Assembly (NCBI GenBank): GCA_965656965.1
Contig: CBFHMK010000008.1
Location: 30,970 to 94,969 of the forward strand
From: an uncultured Porticoccaceae bacterium
GTDB lineage: Bacteria > Pseudomonadota > Gammaproteobacteria > Pseudomonadales > Porticoccaceae
DNA: 64,000 nucleotides
Direction: 5' to 3'
A model generated the notes under the pieces. That model searched no databases. It had not been told where the DNA came from and saw only the letters and a program-made list of their open reading frames with translations. The number at the start of each line of letters is the position of its first letter. Within the stretch, counting starts at the first letter, position 1. Of this stretch, positions 1-8,635 are shown in pieces. The translations under genes were made by a program, and so were the position numbers.

Positions 1-635
1 AATACAACCTTGTGGACCAGCTTTTGCGTAAAGAAGTCTTCGTAGAACAGAAACCCGCTAAGTAGAGATAGGGTCAGTAGTATCTCTCCAGCCCAGATCA
101 ACTCAAACAGCAGGGCTTCCATAGTTTGCACGGGAGGGAAGGTGCGCATTAGCAGGTTCTGATGCTTGTGCTTAAGCTGCCAGTCTTGATATCCGGCCAG
201 CAAAGCTTGCAACGCAGCTATAGCAAGCAGGCTGTAGGCAAGTAGAGAAATAAGCACATGGGCCTGTAGGTTGAGAGACATTATTGGCGTAAGAACAGAG
301 CTATCGCTCAATAAAGCTGCCAGCAGGCTGACCACAGAAATTGGAAACAAGAATAGATAGAGACTATAGACCGGCTTTTTTAGGCCGCTAACCCACACCA
401 GACTATTAATGACCAGAGCTAGTAGGGCGAGAATTTTGAGTAAACCCAGATCCAGATTATGCCCTACAAATATCAGATCTATAGCAGCAACCCCATGAAG
501 AGCAATGGCTACAGCCGCAGTTGCCTGCAGCAAAAAGGGTTTAAACTGAGGATCCTGGCGCAACTGCCTCTGGTGTAGGACCCACCCGGCCAGATAGACA
601 GCAATTGCAGTAAAACCCAGTATTGAACTTGTCAT
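1..635 (-). CDS. ypjD: Inner-membrane cytochrome c assembly family protein (YpjD/CcsA-like), 3' end runs off the window
   Basis: Not in the ORF track. Translated by hand from ATG at 635 (MTSSILGFTAIAVYLAGW...QAHVLISLLAYSLLAIAALQALL...PPVQTMEALLFELIWAGEILLTLSLLSGFLF...KLVHKVV), open to the window edge, multi-TM. Divergent from ffh, the conserved position of ypjD. Confidence 0.85.
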   Translation of the reverse strand, partial: MTSSILGFTAIAVYLAGWVLHQRQLRQDPQFKPFLLQATAAVAIALHGVAAIDLIFVGHNLDLGLLKILALLALVINSLVWVSGLKKPVYSLYLFLFPISVVSLLAALLSDSSVLTPIMSLNLQAHVLISLLAYSLLAIAALQALLAGYQDWQLKHKHQNLLMRTFPPVQTMEALLFELIWAGEILLTLSLLSGFLFYEDFFTQKLVHKVV

Positions 636-752
636 TTAAATAAAACGCCGTGAAAGTTTACAGAGTTTGGCATATTCAGAACACAGGGTGAAGAGCAGGG
701 CAAAATTATTGCTATAATGACCGCCTAAATTGATTAGCTGGAAGTCATCTGC

Positions 753-2141
753 ATGGCCATGTTTGAAAATTTGAGTGATCGCCTTTCCCTGAGTTTAAAA
801 AAGATCTCAGGCAAGGCCAGCCTCAGCGAAAATAATATTAAAGAAACTCTACGCGAAGTGCGCATGGCGCTTCTCGAGGCGGACGTGGCTCTGCCGGTAG
901 TAAAAGACTTTGTGGAGCAGGTCAAGCAGCGTGCTGTGGGCAAAGAGGTGAGTAGCAGCCTGAATCCAGGTCAGCAATTCTTAAAAATTGTACAGGCTGA
1001 GCTAGAAGCGGTGATGGGGGAGCAGAACGAATCCTTAAACCTAGCCGCTCAGCCTCCTGCGATTTTATTAATGGCGGGTCTGCAAGGTGCTGGTAAAACC
1101 ACCTCTGTGGCCAAGCTGTCGCGCTATCTGCAGGAGCGTGAGAAGAAAAAAGTAATGGTGGTGTCTGCTGATGTCTACCGTCCAGCCGCGATTGAGCAGT
1201 TAAAAACTCTGGCAGGCGAGGTGGGTGCCGAGTTTTTCCCCAGTGAGACCAGTCAAAAGCCAGTGGCCATTGTTAAAGATGCCATAGCAGCAGCTAAAAC
1301 CAAATTTGTTGATGTGCTTATTGTGGATACTGCTGGTCGCCTCGCCATAGATGGCGAGATGATGGATGAAATTAAAGATGTTCATCGGGTCGCTAATCCA
1401 GTAGAGACATTATTTGTTATCGACGCCATGATTGGTCAGGATGCGGTTAACACGGCCAAAGCCTTCAATGAAGCACTGCCACTGACTGGCGTAATTCTCA
1501 CGAAGGTTGATGGTGATGCTCGCGGCGGTGCCGCATTATCGGTGAGGCACATTACCGGTAAGCCAATTAAATTTCTGGGTGTGGGTGAGAAAACCGATGC
1601 TCTAGAACCCTTCCACCCTGAGCGCATTGCCTCGCGCATACTCGGCATGGGCGATGTGCTTAGTCTGATTGAAGAAGTTGAGCGCAAAGTCGACAAAAAG
1701 AAAGCCGAGCGTCTGGCGAAAAAGGTCATCAAGGGTAAAGGTTTTGATCTGGAAGATCTGCGCGACCAGTTGCAACAGATGAAAAATATGGGTGGCATGT
1801 CGGGTTTGATGGACAAGTTGCCAGGTATGGGGAATATGGCCCAGATGGCCCAGCAAAAAGATGTCACCAGCCAATTTACTCGTATGGAATGTATTATTGA
1901 CTCTATGACGCCCAAAGAGCGCGCCAATCCTGATATTCTCAACGGCTCGCGCAAGAGGCGAATCACAGCAGGCTCTGGCACCAGTATTCAGGATCTTAAC
2001 CGCCTTCTCAAACAGCACAAGCAAATGGGTAAGATGATGAAGAAAATGAAGGGTAAAGGCATGCAGAATATGATGCGTGGCATGGGCGGCATGATGCCTC
2101 CTAGCGGCGGGTTGCCTCCCGGCGGTTTCCCCAAGTTATAA
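753..2141 (+). CDS. ffh: Signal recognition particle protein Ffh
   Basis: MFENLSDRL start, GLQGAGKTT P-loop, DTAGR, TKVDGDARGG, Met-rich M domain. Confidence 0.99.
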   Translation: MAMFENLSDRLSLSLKKISGKASLSENNIKETLREVRMALLEADVALPVVKDFVEQVKQRAVGKEVSSSLNPGQQFLKIVQAELEAVMGEQNESLNLAAQPPAILLMAGLQGAGKTTSVAKLSRYLQEREKKKVMVVSADVYRPAAIEQLKTLAGEVGAEFFPSETSQKPVAIVKDAIAAAKTKFVDVLIVDTAGRLAIDGEMMDEIKDVHRVANPVETLFVIDAMIGQDAVNTAKAFNEALPLTGVILTKVDGDARGGAALSVRHITGKPIKFLGVGEKTDALEPFHPERIASRILGMGDVLSLIEEVERKVDKKKAERLAKKVIKGKGFDLEDLRDQLQQMKNMGGMSGLMDKLPGMGNMAQMAQQKDVTSQFTRMECIIDSMTPKERANPDILNGSRKRRITAGSGTSIQDLNRLLKQHKQMGKMMKKMKGKGMQNMMRGMGGMMPPSGGLPPGGFPKL

Positions 2142-2362
2142 ATTGATGGATCAGCCCTGAATGGCCAGTAAAACCGGCCTTTTTATGTGGCATGCGAAAG
2201 CTGTGTAATTAGCACCAAAAGTAGTTTCCTTTCATCTTCTTTTGACGTAATATACCGCGCCTTTCGGGGGGCTCCGGCTTTAAATGCGTGGGGTTCGCGA
2301 AATTAGAAATTTAAATGCATCAAGTTTGGCGATTAGGCCGCTTGAACACAGGATTACAGTAA

Positions 2363-2614
2363 ATGGTAACAATTAGATTGGCTCGTGGTGGCGCTAAGAA
2401 ACGTCCCTTTTACCACATCACAGTTTCCGATTCGCGTAATGCACGCGATGCTCGATACATTGAGCGCATTGGCTTTTTTAACCCAGTAGCTCGCGGTGCC
2501 GAAGAGCGCCTGCGTGTAGATCTTGAGCGTGCAACCTATTGGCAGGGTCAGGGAGCTCAGGTTAGCGATCGTGTTTCTGCGCTGTTAAAAGAGGCCGCCA
2601 AAGCTGCAGCCTAA
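2363..2614 (+). CDS. rpsP: 30S ribosomal protein S16
   Basis: [29 protein letters not shown] signature; first gene of the trmD operon. Confidence 0.99.
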   Translation: MVTIRLARGGAKKRPFYHITVSDSRNARDARYIERIGFFNPVARGAEERLRVDLERATYWQGQGAQVSDRVSALLKEAAKAAA

Positions 2615-2639
2615 GACTGTGTAGCCCGGGAGTAGTTCT

Positions 2640-3161
2640 TTGGAAACACTTGTAGTTGGGCGTATTACAGCGGTATTTGGTGTGCGTGGATGGGTTAAAG
2701 TGTTTTCGTACACCGAGCAGTTGGAAGCAGTGTTGGATTTTCAGCCCTGGTGGGTTGCCACCGCGGAAGGCCTCAAACAGATTACTGTTGATGATTGGAA
2801 GCGGCATGGCGACGGACTGGTTGTTCATATCGAAGGTATCGACGACCGAGATATAGCGCGAGACTGGTGTCAGCAGGATATTCGTATTGATAAATCTCTG
2901 CTGCCTGATCTTGATATAAAAGATTTTTATTGGCACCAGCTCGAGGGCTTGGTTGTCATTAGCCATTTCGAAGAGCGAGAGGTTCGTCTGGGAGTGGTGA
3001 AGTCGCTGCTAGAGACCGGTGCCAATGACGTACTGGTGATCAAGGGAGATGCAGAGAGCATAGATCGCGAAGAGCGATTAATCCCCTACGCGGAGCAGTT
3101 TGTTAGCAAGATAGACCTTGAGTCACAGCGGATAGACGTGATGTGGGACCCAGATTTTTAG
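2640..3161 (+). CDS. rimM: Ribosome maturation factor RimM
   Basis: VGRITAVFGVRGWVKV, FYWHQLEGL, LLETGANDVLV motifs; TTG start; operon position. Confidence 0.97.
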   Translation: METLVVGRITAVFGVRGWVKVFSYTEQLEAVLDFQPWWVATAEGLKQITVDDWKRHGDGLVVHIEGIDDRDIARDWCQQDIRIDKSLLPDLDIKDFYWHQLEGLVVISHFEEREVRLGVVKSLLETGANDVLVIKGDAESIDREERLIPYAEQFVSKIDLESQRIDVMWDPDF

Positions 3162-3205
3162 GGTTTAGTGGTCGAAAAATAGTATTGGGCACAGAGGTGA
3201 GATGA

Positions 3206-3958
3206 ATGAAAATTGCATTGATTACCCTGTTCCCAGAGATGTTTGCCGCAGTAGCTGACTACGGAATTAGTGGTCGCGCGGTCAAACAGGGGTTGTTGGA
3301 ATTATCTAGCTTTAATCCCAGAGAGTTCACCCAAGACCGTCATGAGACGGTTGATGACCGACCCTATGGCGGTGGGCCTGGCATGGTGATGATGGTTGAG
3401 CCTCTGCGCAAAGCTATAGCCGCCGCCAGAGAATGGGCAGGCCAAGACGCACTGGTGGTTTATCTTTCCCCGCAGGGCAGGGTTTTAAACCAGCAGGCAG
3501 TGAATAGTTTTGCCAAACAGCAGTCTCTAATACTGATTGCTGGTCGCTACGAAGGTATCGACGAGAGATTGATACAGCTGGAAGTCGATGAGGAATGGTC
3601 CATAGGAGACTATGTTCTCAGTGGTGGAGAACTTCCCGCAATGGTGTTGGTGGACGCTTTGATACGCCAGCTACCGGGAGCGTTGGGCCATCAGGACTCG
3701 GCCGATCAAGACTCCTTTGCCGATGGTCTGTTGGACTGCCCGCACTATACGCGGCCAGAAGACTACCAGGGGCAATCGGTTCCAGAGGTTTTACTGTCTG
3801 GCAACCATGAAAAGATTAGACGTTGGCGTTTGCAGCAGTCTCTAGTGCGAACCCAGCAGAGAAGACCAGAATTGATGGACAGCCTGGCGCTCAATAAAGA
3901 GCAGCAGGCTTTACTTAGGGAAGCGAGTGATGCGCTGGCAGATGATGACAATGGATAA
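3206..3958 (+). CDS. trmD: tRNA (guanine37-N1)-methyltransferase
   Basis: [48 protein letters not shown]. Confidence 0.99.
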   Translation: MKIALITLFPEMFAAVADYGISGRAVKQGLLELSSFNPREFTQDRHETVDDRPYGGGPGMVMMVEPLRKAIAAAREWAGQDALVVYLSPQGRVLNQQAVNSFAKQQSLILIAGRYEGIDERLIQLEVDEEWSIGDYVLSGGELPAMVLVDALIRQLPGALGHQDSADQDSFADGLLDCPHYTRPEDYQGQSVPEVLLSGNHEKIRRWRLQQSLVRTQQRRPELMDSLALNKEQQALLREASDALADDDNG

Positions 3959-4030
3959 TGGTCATCCTCTCTGTACAGAGCTCTAAAACAGGTGGCATGC
4001 CACCAACCAATGAAAATTGAGGAGCGAGAA

Positions 4031-4387
4031 ATGAGTAACAAAACACCTATTATCGCTGCGCTTGAAAAAGAGCAGATGAGTAAAGAAATCCCTGATTTTA
4101 GCCCTGGTGATACCGTGGTTGTTCAGGTAAAAGTAAAAGAAGGTAGCCGTGAGCGCTTGCAGGCCTTTGAAGGCGTAGTTCTGGCTAAGCGCAACCGTCA
4201 GCTGAACTCAGCATTTACTGTACGCAAAATCTCTAACGGTATCGGCGTTGAGCGTACGTTCCAGACCTATAGCCCGTTGGTTGACAGCATAGAAGTAAAG
4301 CGTCGCGGTGCTGTTCGTCGCGCCAAGCTGTACTACCTGCGCGAGCGTTCAGGTCGATCTGCACGTATCAAGGAAAAGCTGGGCTAA
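4031..4387 (+). CDS. rplS: 50S ribosomal protein L19
   Basis: [23 protein letters not shown]...RRAKLYYLR. True start taken as ATG 4031 after GAGGAG, not 3992. Confidence 0.99.
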   Translation: MSNKTPIIAALEKEQMSKEIPDFSPGDTVVVQVKVKEGSRERLQAFEGVVLAKRNRQLNSAFTVRKISNGIGVERTFQTYSPLVDSIEVKRRGAVRRAKLYYLRERSGRSARIKEKLG

Positions 4388-4412
4388 GCATAATCTGCTT
4401 AACTGGTTACTG

Positions 4413-4442
4413 AAAAAGGCGATCCATAGGGTCGCCTTTTTT
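4413..4442 (+). terminator. Rho-independent terminator of the trmD operon
   Basis: AAAAAGGCGATCC-ATA-GGGTCGCCTTTTTT: GC stem with one G-U pair, U-tract after and A-tract before. Confidence 0.9.
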
Positions 4443-4501
4443 CTTGCCTAGATTTCTTGACTGTCAGCTGCCATGGTCTATCTTTAAAAATGCCAGTGGC
4501 A

Positions 4502-4523
4502 AAATGTGAGCCAGATCACGTTT
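4502..4523. promoter_or_regulatory. CRP/Vfr-type operator
   Basis: AAATGTGAGCCAGATCACGTTT matches the CRP consensus AAATGTGATCTAGATCACATTT at 19/22 positions; intergenic, ~110 bp upstream of the first island gene. Confidence 0.75.
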
Positions 4524-4632
4524 TCCAGCGCTTTCGATTTTCGTAGGGTCGCACACTGGGTTTTGTTGGGGCCAGGCGCTAGAGCACCTAGACCTATAGC
4601 CTCTGACATGGAGAGACGTTCGAGGATGAGCT

Positions 4633-5238
4633 ATGAAAAAGGTATTGTTTTTAACAGCGGTTGTTACCCTCTGTTCATTTTCCGCAACCTCCGCTTTATC
4701 TGACACAGTCGATTTACTGAGCATTTGGGAAGCGGACAAACAAAATAGCTTAGGTGGGGTGGATGTCGACGGAGATGGCAGCATAGATCAAAACTACGGA
4801 GTCTGTGTGCCGAGTTGTCAAGTGACGGTGGGCAGTATTGCGCAGATTACCTCCGCAGCTTTTTGGCAGGGAGGCAGCGCCAATGATCACCCGACGCCGG
4901 ATATGGAAAACATGCTGGCCTTTGAAGGTGTCGCCCTAGGCAGCCTGAGTAAAACCCTTGAAAGCTTTCCATCTAACACCACTAGCCTTCTCTCATCTAT
5001 AGACTTTTCTGGCTATATCACCGTCAAAGCCGCCGGCTCTGTGTGGCTTTATTTTGTCGAAGACGACGATAGCAATGGCGTCGCGATTAGCATTGGCAAT
5101 GCCCTAGATGGAAAGCTTCATGATATCTCCCATTACTCTGAATGGGGAATCGCCGAGGTGCCTTTACCTGCAGCGATATGGTTTTTTGTTATTGGGTTAA
5201 CCGGCCTGTTCGGCCTGCGCTGGCAAAATAGCCTTTAG
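4633..5238 (+). CDS. VPLPA-CTERM (PEP-CTERM family) sorting-domain surface protein
   Basis: Sec signal peptide MKKVLFLTAVVTLCSFSATSALS; C-terminal EVPLPAAIWFFVIGLTGLFGLR motif plus TM helix; an exosortase is encoded in the same block. Confidence 0.92.
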   Translation: MKKVLFLTAVVTLCSFSATSALSDTVDLLSIWEADKQNSLGGVDVDGDGSIDQNYGVCVPSCQVTVGSIAQITSAAFWQGGSANDHPTPDMENMLAFEGVALGSLSKTLESFPSNTTSLLSSIDFSGYITVKAAGSVWLYFVEDDDSNGVAISIGNALDGKLHDISHYSEWGIAEVPLPAAIWFFVIGLTGLFGLRWQNSL

Positions 5239-5284
5239 ATAGCAGACAAAAAGATAACCAATTCTCATTTTTGCTGATAAACAA

Positions 5285-5312
5285 TTCGCACAATAAAAAT
5301 TACGGCTACAAT
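5285..5312 (+). promoter_or_regulatory. Possible sigma70 promoter for the wcaJ operon
   Basis: TTCGCA-16 nt-TACAAT, about 40 bp upstream of the wcaJ ATG; motif match only. Confidence 0.35.
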
Positions 5313-5350
5313 CTTGCTGAGATATCAAAACTCGGCAGTTGTTCTAGTTT

Positions 5351-6763
5351 ATGAAAGACTTATCAAGGATGGTACGTCCCAAGGACGCAAAAATAAATGC
5401 TCTCTCTCGTCTGATAGACGCGGGCATCATTGGCTGTACTCTTGTGGCCCTGGTGTCTGTGCTGCAACTGGATTGGTTACCCAGCTATAACTGGCTTCTG
5501 CTTATAACCATAGTGCTGTTTAGCTACTTTACTGAGTCCAGTCTGAGTTATAAGTCATGGCGTGATATTAGCCTTAGAGCAGAGGTTGCGGCTGTGCTCA
5601 GCAACTGGGGTACCATTGTTCTTATTCTGGTAGTGATCGAGTTTGCCTTCCACCCAATTGATCTTTACAACCGCGAGATGGTTCTGTACTGGTTTGTGCT
5701 AACACCAGTCGAGCTAATTTCCTGGCATTCGATTATGCGGATGGCTTTGCGCCTTTGTCGCGACCAGGGGGTAAATGCACAAAAGGTCGCTATTTATGGC
5801 GCTACGGAGTTAGGTGTTGGGCTCGAAAAGCGAATTCGCTCTATGTCCTGGGCCAGTTACAATTTTGTCGGTTTCTTCGATGACAGGCGTACCAATGGTA
5901 ATCGACGTTTTATTTCCGACCACAGTCTTATTAAAGGCGGTTCCCAGGAGCTTATTAATCGAGCTCGAGCCGGTGAAATAGACACTATTTTTATCACCTT
6001 GCCTCTAGCGGCAGAGGCGCGAATCAAAAAGCTGCTGGATGACCTCTCAGATACCACAGTATCTGCCTATATGATGTTAGATCTATTTAGTTTTGATTTG
6101 CTTAGTGCCAGCTGGCTGGATATTCAGGGTATGCCAGCAGTGAGTATCTTCGAATCACCCCATACAGGACTAGATAACCTTACTAAAAGAATACTGGATG
6201 TCAGTTTCAGTATGATTATTTTAGCTCTGATTGCTCTGCCTATGCTGCTGATTGCCGCGATGATTAAAACAACTTCTAAAGGTCCGGTGATATTTCGTCA
6301 GAAGCGCTATGGCATAGGGGGCGAAGCCATTGATGTCTGGAAGTTTCGGACCATGTTCACTATGGACGCAGGGGATGATGAAGTCATCCAAGCCAGCAAA
6401 GCCGACAATAGAATTACGCCATTTGGTCGCTTCCTGCGCAGAACCTCCCTGGATGAGCTGCCCCAATTTTTTAATGTTATCTCTGGCACCATGTCGATTG
6501 TCGGGCCACGACCCCATGCCGTAACCCACAACGAATTCTATCGAACGGCAATTCATGGCTATATGCTCAGGCATAAGGTCAAGCCAGGCATTACCGGATT
6601 AGCTCAGGTTAAGGGCTATAGAGGTGAAACAAAGGTCCTGGAAAAAATGGAGGGGCGCATAAAATATGATCTGGAATATATCCGCACCTGGTCAATCTGG
6701 TTGGATATTAAGCTGATCTTAATAACGGTGTTTGTAGGCTTTAATAATAAGAACGCTTACTGA
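5351..6763 (+). CDS. wcaJ: Undecaprenyl-phosphate glucose phosphotransferase (priming GT, WcaJ/GumD family)
   Basis: N-terminal TMs; C-terminal Bac_transf motifs KRILD, FRQKRYG, KFRTM, RRTSLDELPQFFNV, VGPRP, KPGITGLAQV. Confidence 0.93.
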   Translation: MKDLSRMVRPKDAKINALSRLIDAGIIGCTLVALVSVLQLDWLPSYNWLLLITIVLFSYFTESSLSYKSWRDISLRAEVAAVLSNWGTIVLILVVIEFAFHPIDLYNREMVLYWFVLTPVELISWHSIMRMALRLCRDQGVNAQKVAIYGATELGVGLEKRIRSMSWASYNFVGFFDDRRTNGNRRFISDHSLIKGGSQELINRARAGEIDTIFITLPLAAEARIKKLLDDLSDTTVSAYMMLDLFSFDLLSASWLDIQGMPAVSIFESPHTGLDNLTKRILDVSFSMIILALIALPMLLIAAMIKTTSKGPVIFRQKRYGIGGEAIDVWKFRTMFTMDAGDDEVIQASKADNRITPFGRFLRRTSLDELPQFFNVISGTMSIVGPRPHAVTHNEFYRTAIHGYMLRHKVKPGITGLAQVKGYRGETKVLEKMEGRIKYDLEYIRTWSIWLDIKLILITVFVGFNNKNAY

Positions 6764-6856
6764 GGTAAAGACAAAGTGCCAGTAAGGCGTCGTAACCCTT
6801 AATTCAGGTCTACAATTAATTGGAATGGACACAACAATACCGAAGGAAAGGTAACC

Positions 6857-7438
6857 ATGAACAGCAAACAGCAAATTATCAGCAGAAGCGCTCTGGGCGT
6901 CTTACTCTTACTCTGCGCCGCACTGGCCAGTATTACGCAATCGGCTCAGGCCGATGAGCCCTATCTTTTAAACCCTGGCGATCAGCTTGAAATATCAGTT
7001 TGGAATGAAGAAACCCTACAAAAAACCATCACGGTGTTGCCCGACGGTATGATTTCATTTCCCTTGGTGGGGCATCTTCACGCCGCTGGCAATAGCGCCG
7101 CTGTATTAGAGGCGGCTATTGCCGAAAAGCTAGATACCTTTATAGCCGACCCAGAGGTCAATGTCACAGTGACGAGTACCAGGGGTAATGTGAGTTATGT
7201 GGTAGGTAAGGTTTTGAAACCTGGGCCAATTGAAATGGTGCAAAAAACCAGCGTTATGCAGGCGTTGGCCATAGCTGGAGGTATCAATGAATTTGCCTCA
7301 GGCAATGCCATCAAGATTATCCGCAGCGCGGGAGAGCAGGAAGTTATCCTAAAGGTGCGTTACTCCGATCTAGAAAAAGGCAGTGATTTGTCTACTAATC
7401 ACAAACTCAAGGCCGGTGACGTACTAGTTATACCCTAA
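6857..7438 (+). CDS. Polysaccharide biosynthesis/export protein (short Wza/OPX-like, Poly_export plus SLBB)
   Basis: YLLNPGDQLEISVW, VLPDGMISFPLVG, VVGKVLKPG, LKAGDVLVIP; signal peptide. Confidence 0.9.
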   Translation: MNSKQQIISRSALGVLLLLCAALASITQSAQADEPYLLNPGDQLEISVWNEETLQKTITVLPDGMISFPLVGHLHAAGNSAAVLEAAIAEKLDTFIADPEVNVTVTSTRGNVSYVVGKVLKPGPIEMVQKTSVMQALAIAGGINEFASGNAIKIIRSAGEQEVILKVRYSDLEKGSDLSTNHKLKAGDVLVIP

Positions 7439-7453
7439 GCCAAGGAGGCCATT

Positions 7454-8593
7454 ATGAAAAAAACAGCCAACTATGCAGCAATACTAACCTCGTCCCTGCT
7501 TATTGCAGTGGCGTCCTACGCAGGAACCTGGGTGCCCGACTGGAGTCTGGACAGCGACGTCAGCTATGAGGATAACTTTTTTATGGATGAAACCACCCAG
7601 GACACTTGGCGCTATAGTATTAGCCCTGAATTGTCTCTGATTTATATGACTCCATCAGTGGAGTCGTCTCTAAATGCTGAAGTCGCCGTGCGCCGCTACT
7701 CTGATTTTGACGAATTCGATAGTCAGGACCCCTCTTTTAGTTGGGACAACAGTCTAATTAGAGAGCGCACCACCTGGACCTTTAATTTTGGCTACGACGA
7801 GTATTCCCAGAGGGACTTTGCTGAGCTGGACACTGGGCAGTTTAATTCCAACACCACTGTAGAAAAGATTTATATGGAGCCAGGAGTTGCCTACCAGTTA
7901 AGCGAAAAAGACAGTATCTCACTATCTCTGGGGCGCGTTGAACGGGACTATGATACCCAAGACTTCGCCGATAATGACAACGACTCTCTAGGCTTTGCCT
8001 GGGAACACCAGGTTAACCAGCGCTGGACTACAGTCCTAAATACCATGATATCTCGCTATCAGGCTGGTAAGCCTGGCATTGATAGGACGGAAACTGATTA
8101 TTCAAATATCACAGCCGGATTTATGTATCAGGCTTCAGAAGCTATGACTCTGGATATCAGTATTGGTTATTTTAATAGCGATCAACAACATAGATTGATG
8201 GTTGGACCTGCGATGATCATCACTGATCAGGAAAACTCCGGCGTACTGATTAGTCTAGGCTTGGTTGGCGATCATCAATTGGATGACTGGCGCCTCGAGT
8301 TTAACAGAGGGCTATACCCCTCGAGCCAGGGCGAAGTAGAAGAACGGGACTCGGTAAATATTTCCTACGAACACCAGCTAACTGAGCGGAGCACAACTGG
8401 TATACGTGCGGCCTATCATGACACCAAGTCAGAAACTAATGCTCGCCAGAGCACAGTGGTAACACCTTTCTACTATTACTATCTATCGCCCAGATTAAGG
8501 CTAGAAACATCCTATAGCTATCGCGACTTTGATCGACAACTGGGAACAGTCGAATCGAATAGAGTTGAGGCTGGATTGCGTTATAGCTTTTGA
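7454..8593 (+). CDS. Outer-membrane beta-barrel protein (EPS/PEP-CTERM system associated)
   Basis: Signal peptide, alternating aromatic strands, C-terminal ...AGLRYSF barrel signature; lies between the OPX and PCP genes. Confidence 0.8.
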   Translation: MKKTANYAAILTSSLLIAVASYAGTWVPDWSLDSDVSYEDNFFMDETTQDTWRYSISPELSLIYMTPSVESSLNAEVAVRRYSDFDEFDSQDPSFSWDNSLIRERTTWTFNFGYDEYSQRDFAELDTGQFNSNTTVEKIYMEPGVAYQLSEKDSISLSLGRVERDYDTQDFADNDNDSLGFAWEHQVNQRWTTVLNTMISRYQAGKPGIDRTETDYSNITAGFMYQASEAMTLDISIGYFNSDQQHRLMVGPAMIITDQENSGVLISLGLVGDHQLDDWRLEFNRGLYPSSQGEVEERDSVNISYEHQLTERSTTGIRAAYHDTKSETNARQSTVVTPFYYYYLSPRLRLETSYSYRDFDRQLGTVESNRVEAGLRYSF

Positions 8594-8635
8594 TAACCAG
8601 CATTTAGATAATAAATTAATCAAGAAGAGATTGGG

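Noticed and set aside
734-2024. Antisense ORFs over ffh (734-943, 1200-1385, 1436-1981, 1602-2024)
   Set aside because: Shadow frames of a highly conserved gene with no recognisable motifs. The same applies to the many short antisense and alternate-frame ORFs over other genes in the track.
2142-2362. Structured leader or sRNA upstream of rpsP (repeated TTTAAATGC, weak hairpins, weak ffh terminator near 2163-2184)
   Set aside because: Stems are short or mismatched; consistent with an ordinary ribosomal-protein promoter and leader, and I cannot support more.
4497-4511. Sigma54 promoter TGGCA-AAATGTGA-GC
   Set aside because: GG-N10-GC spacing is right but the -12 element is GAGC rather than TTGC, no enhancer-binding protein is in the block, and the overlapping CRP box fits far better.
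5238-6857. RfaH ops/JUMPstart element at the head of the EPS operon
   Set aside because: No GGCGGTAG motif seen in the intergenic regions I read.
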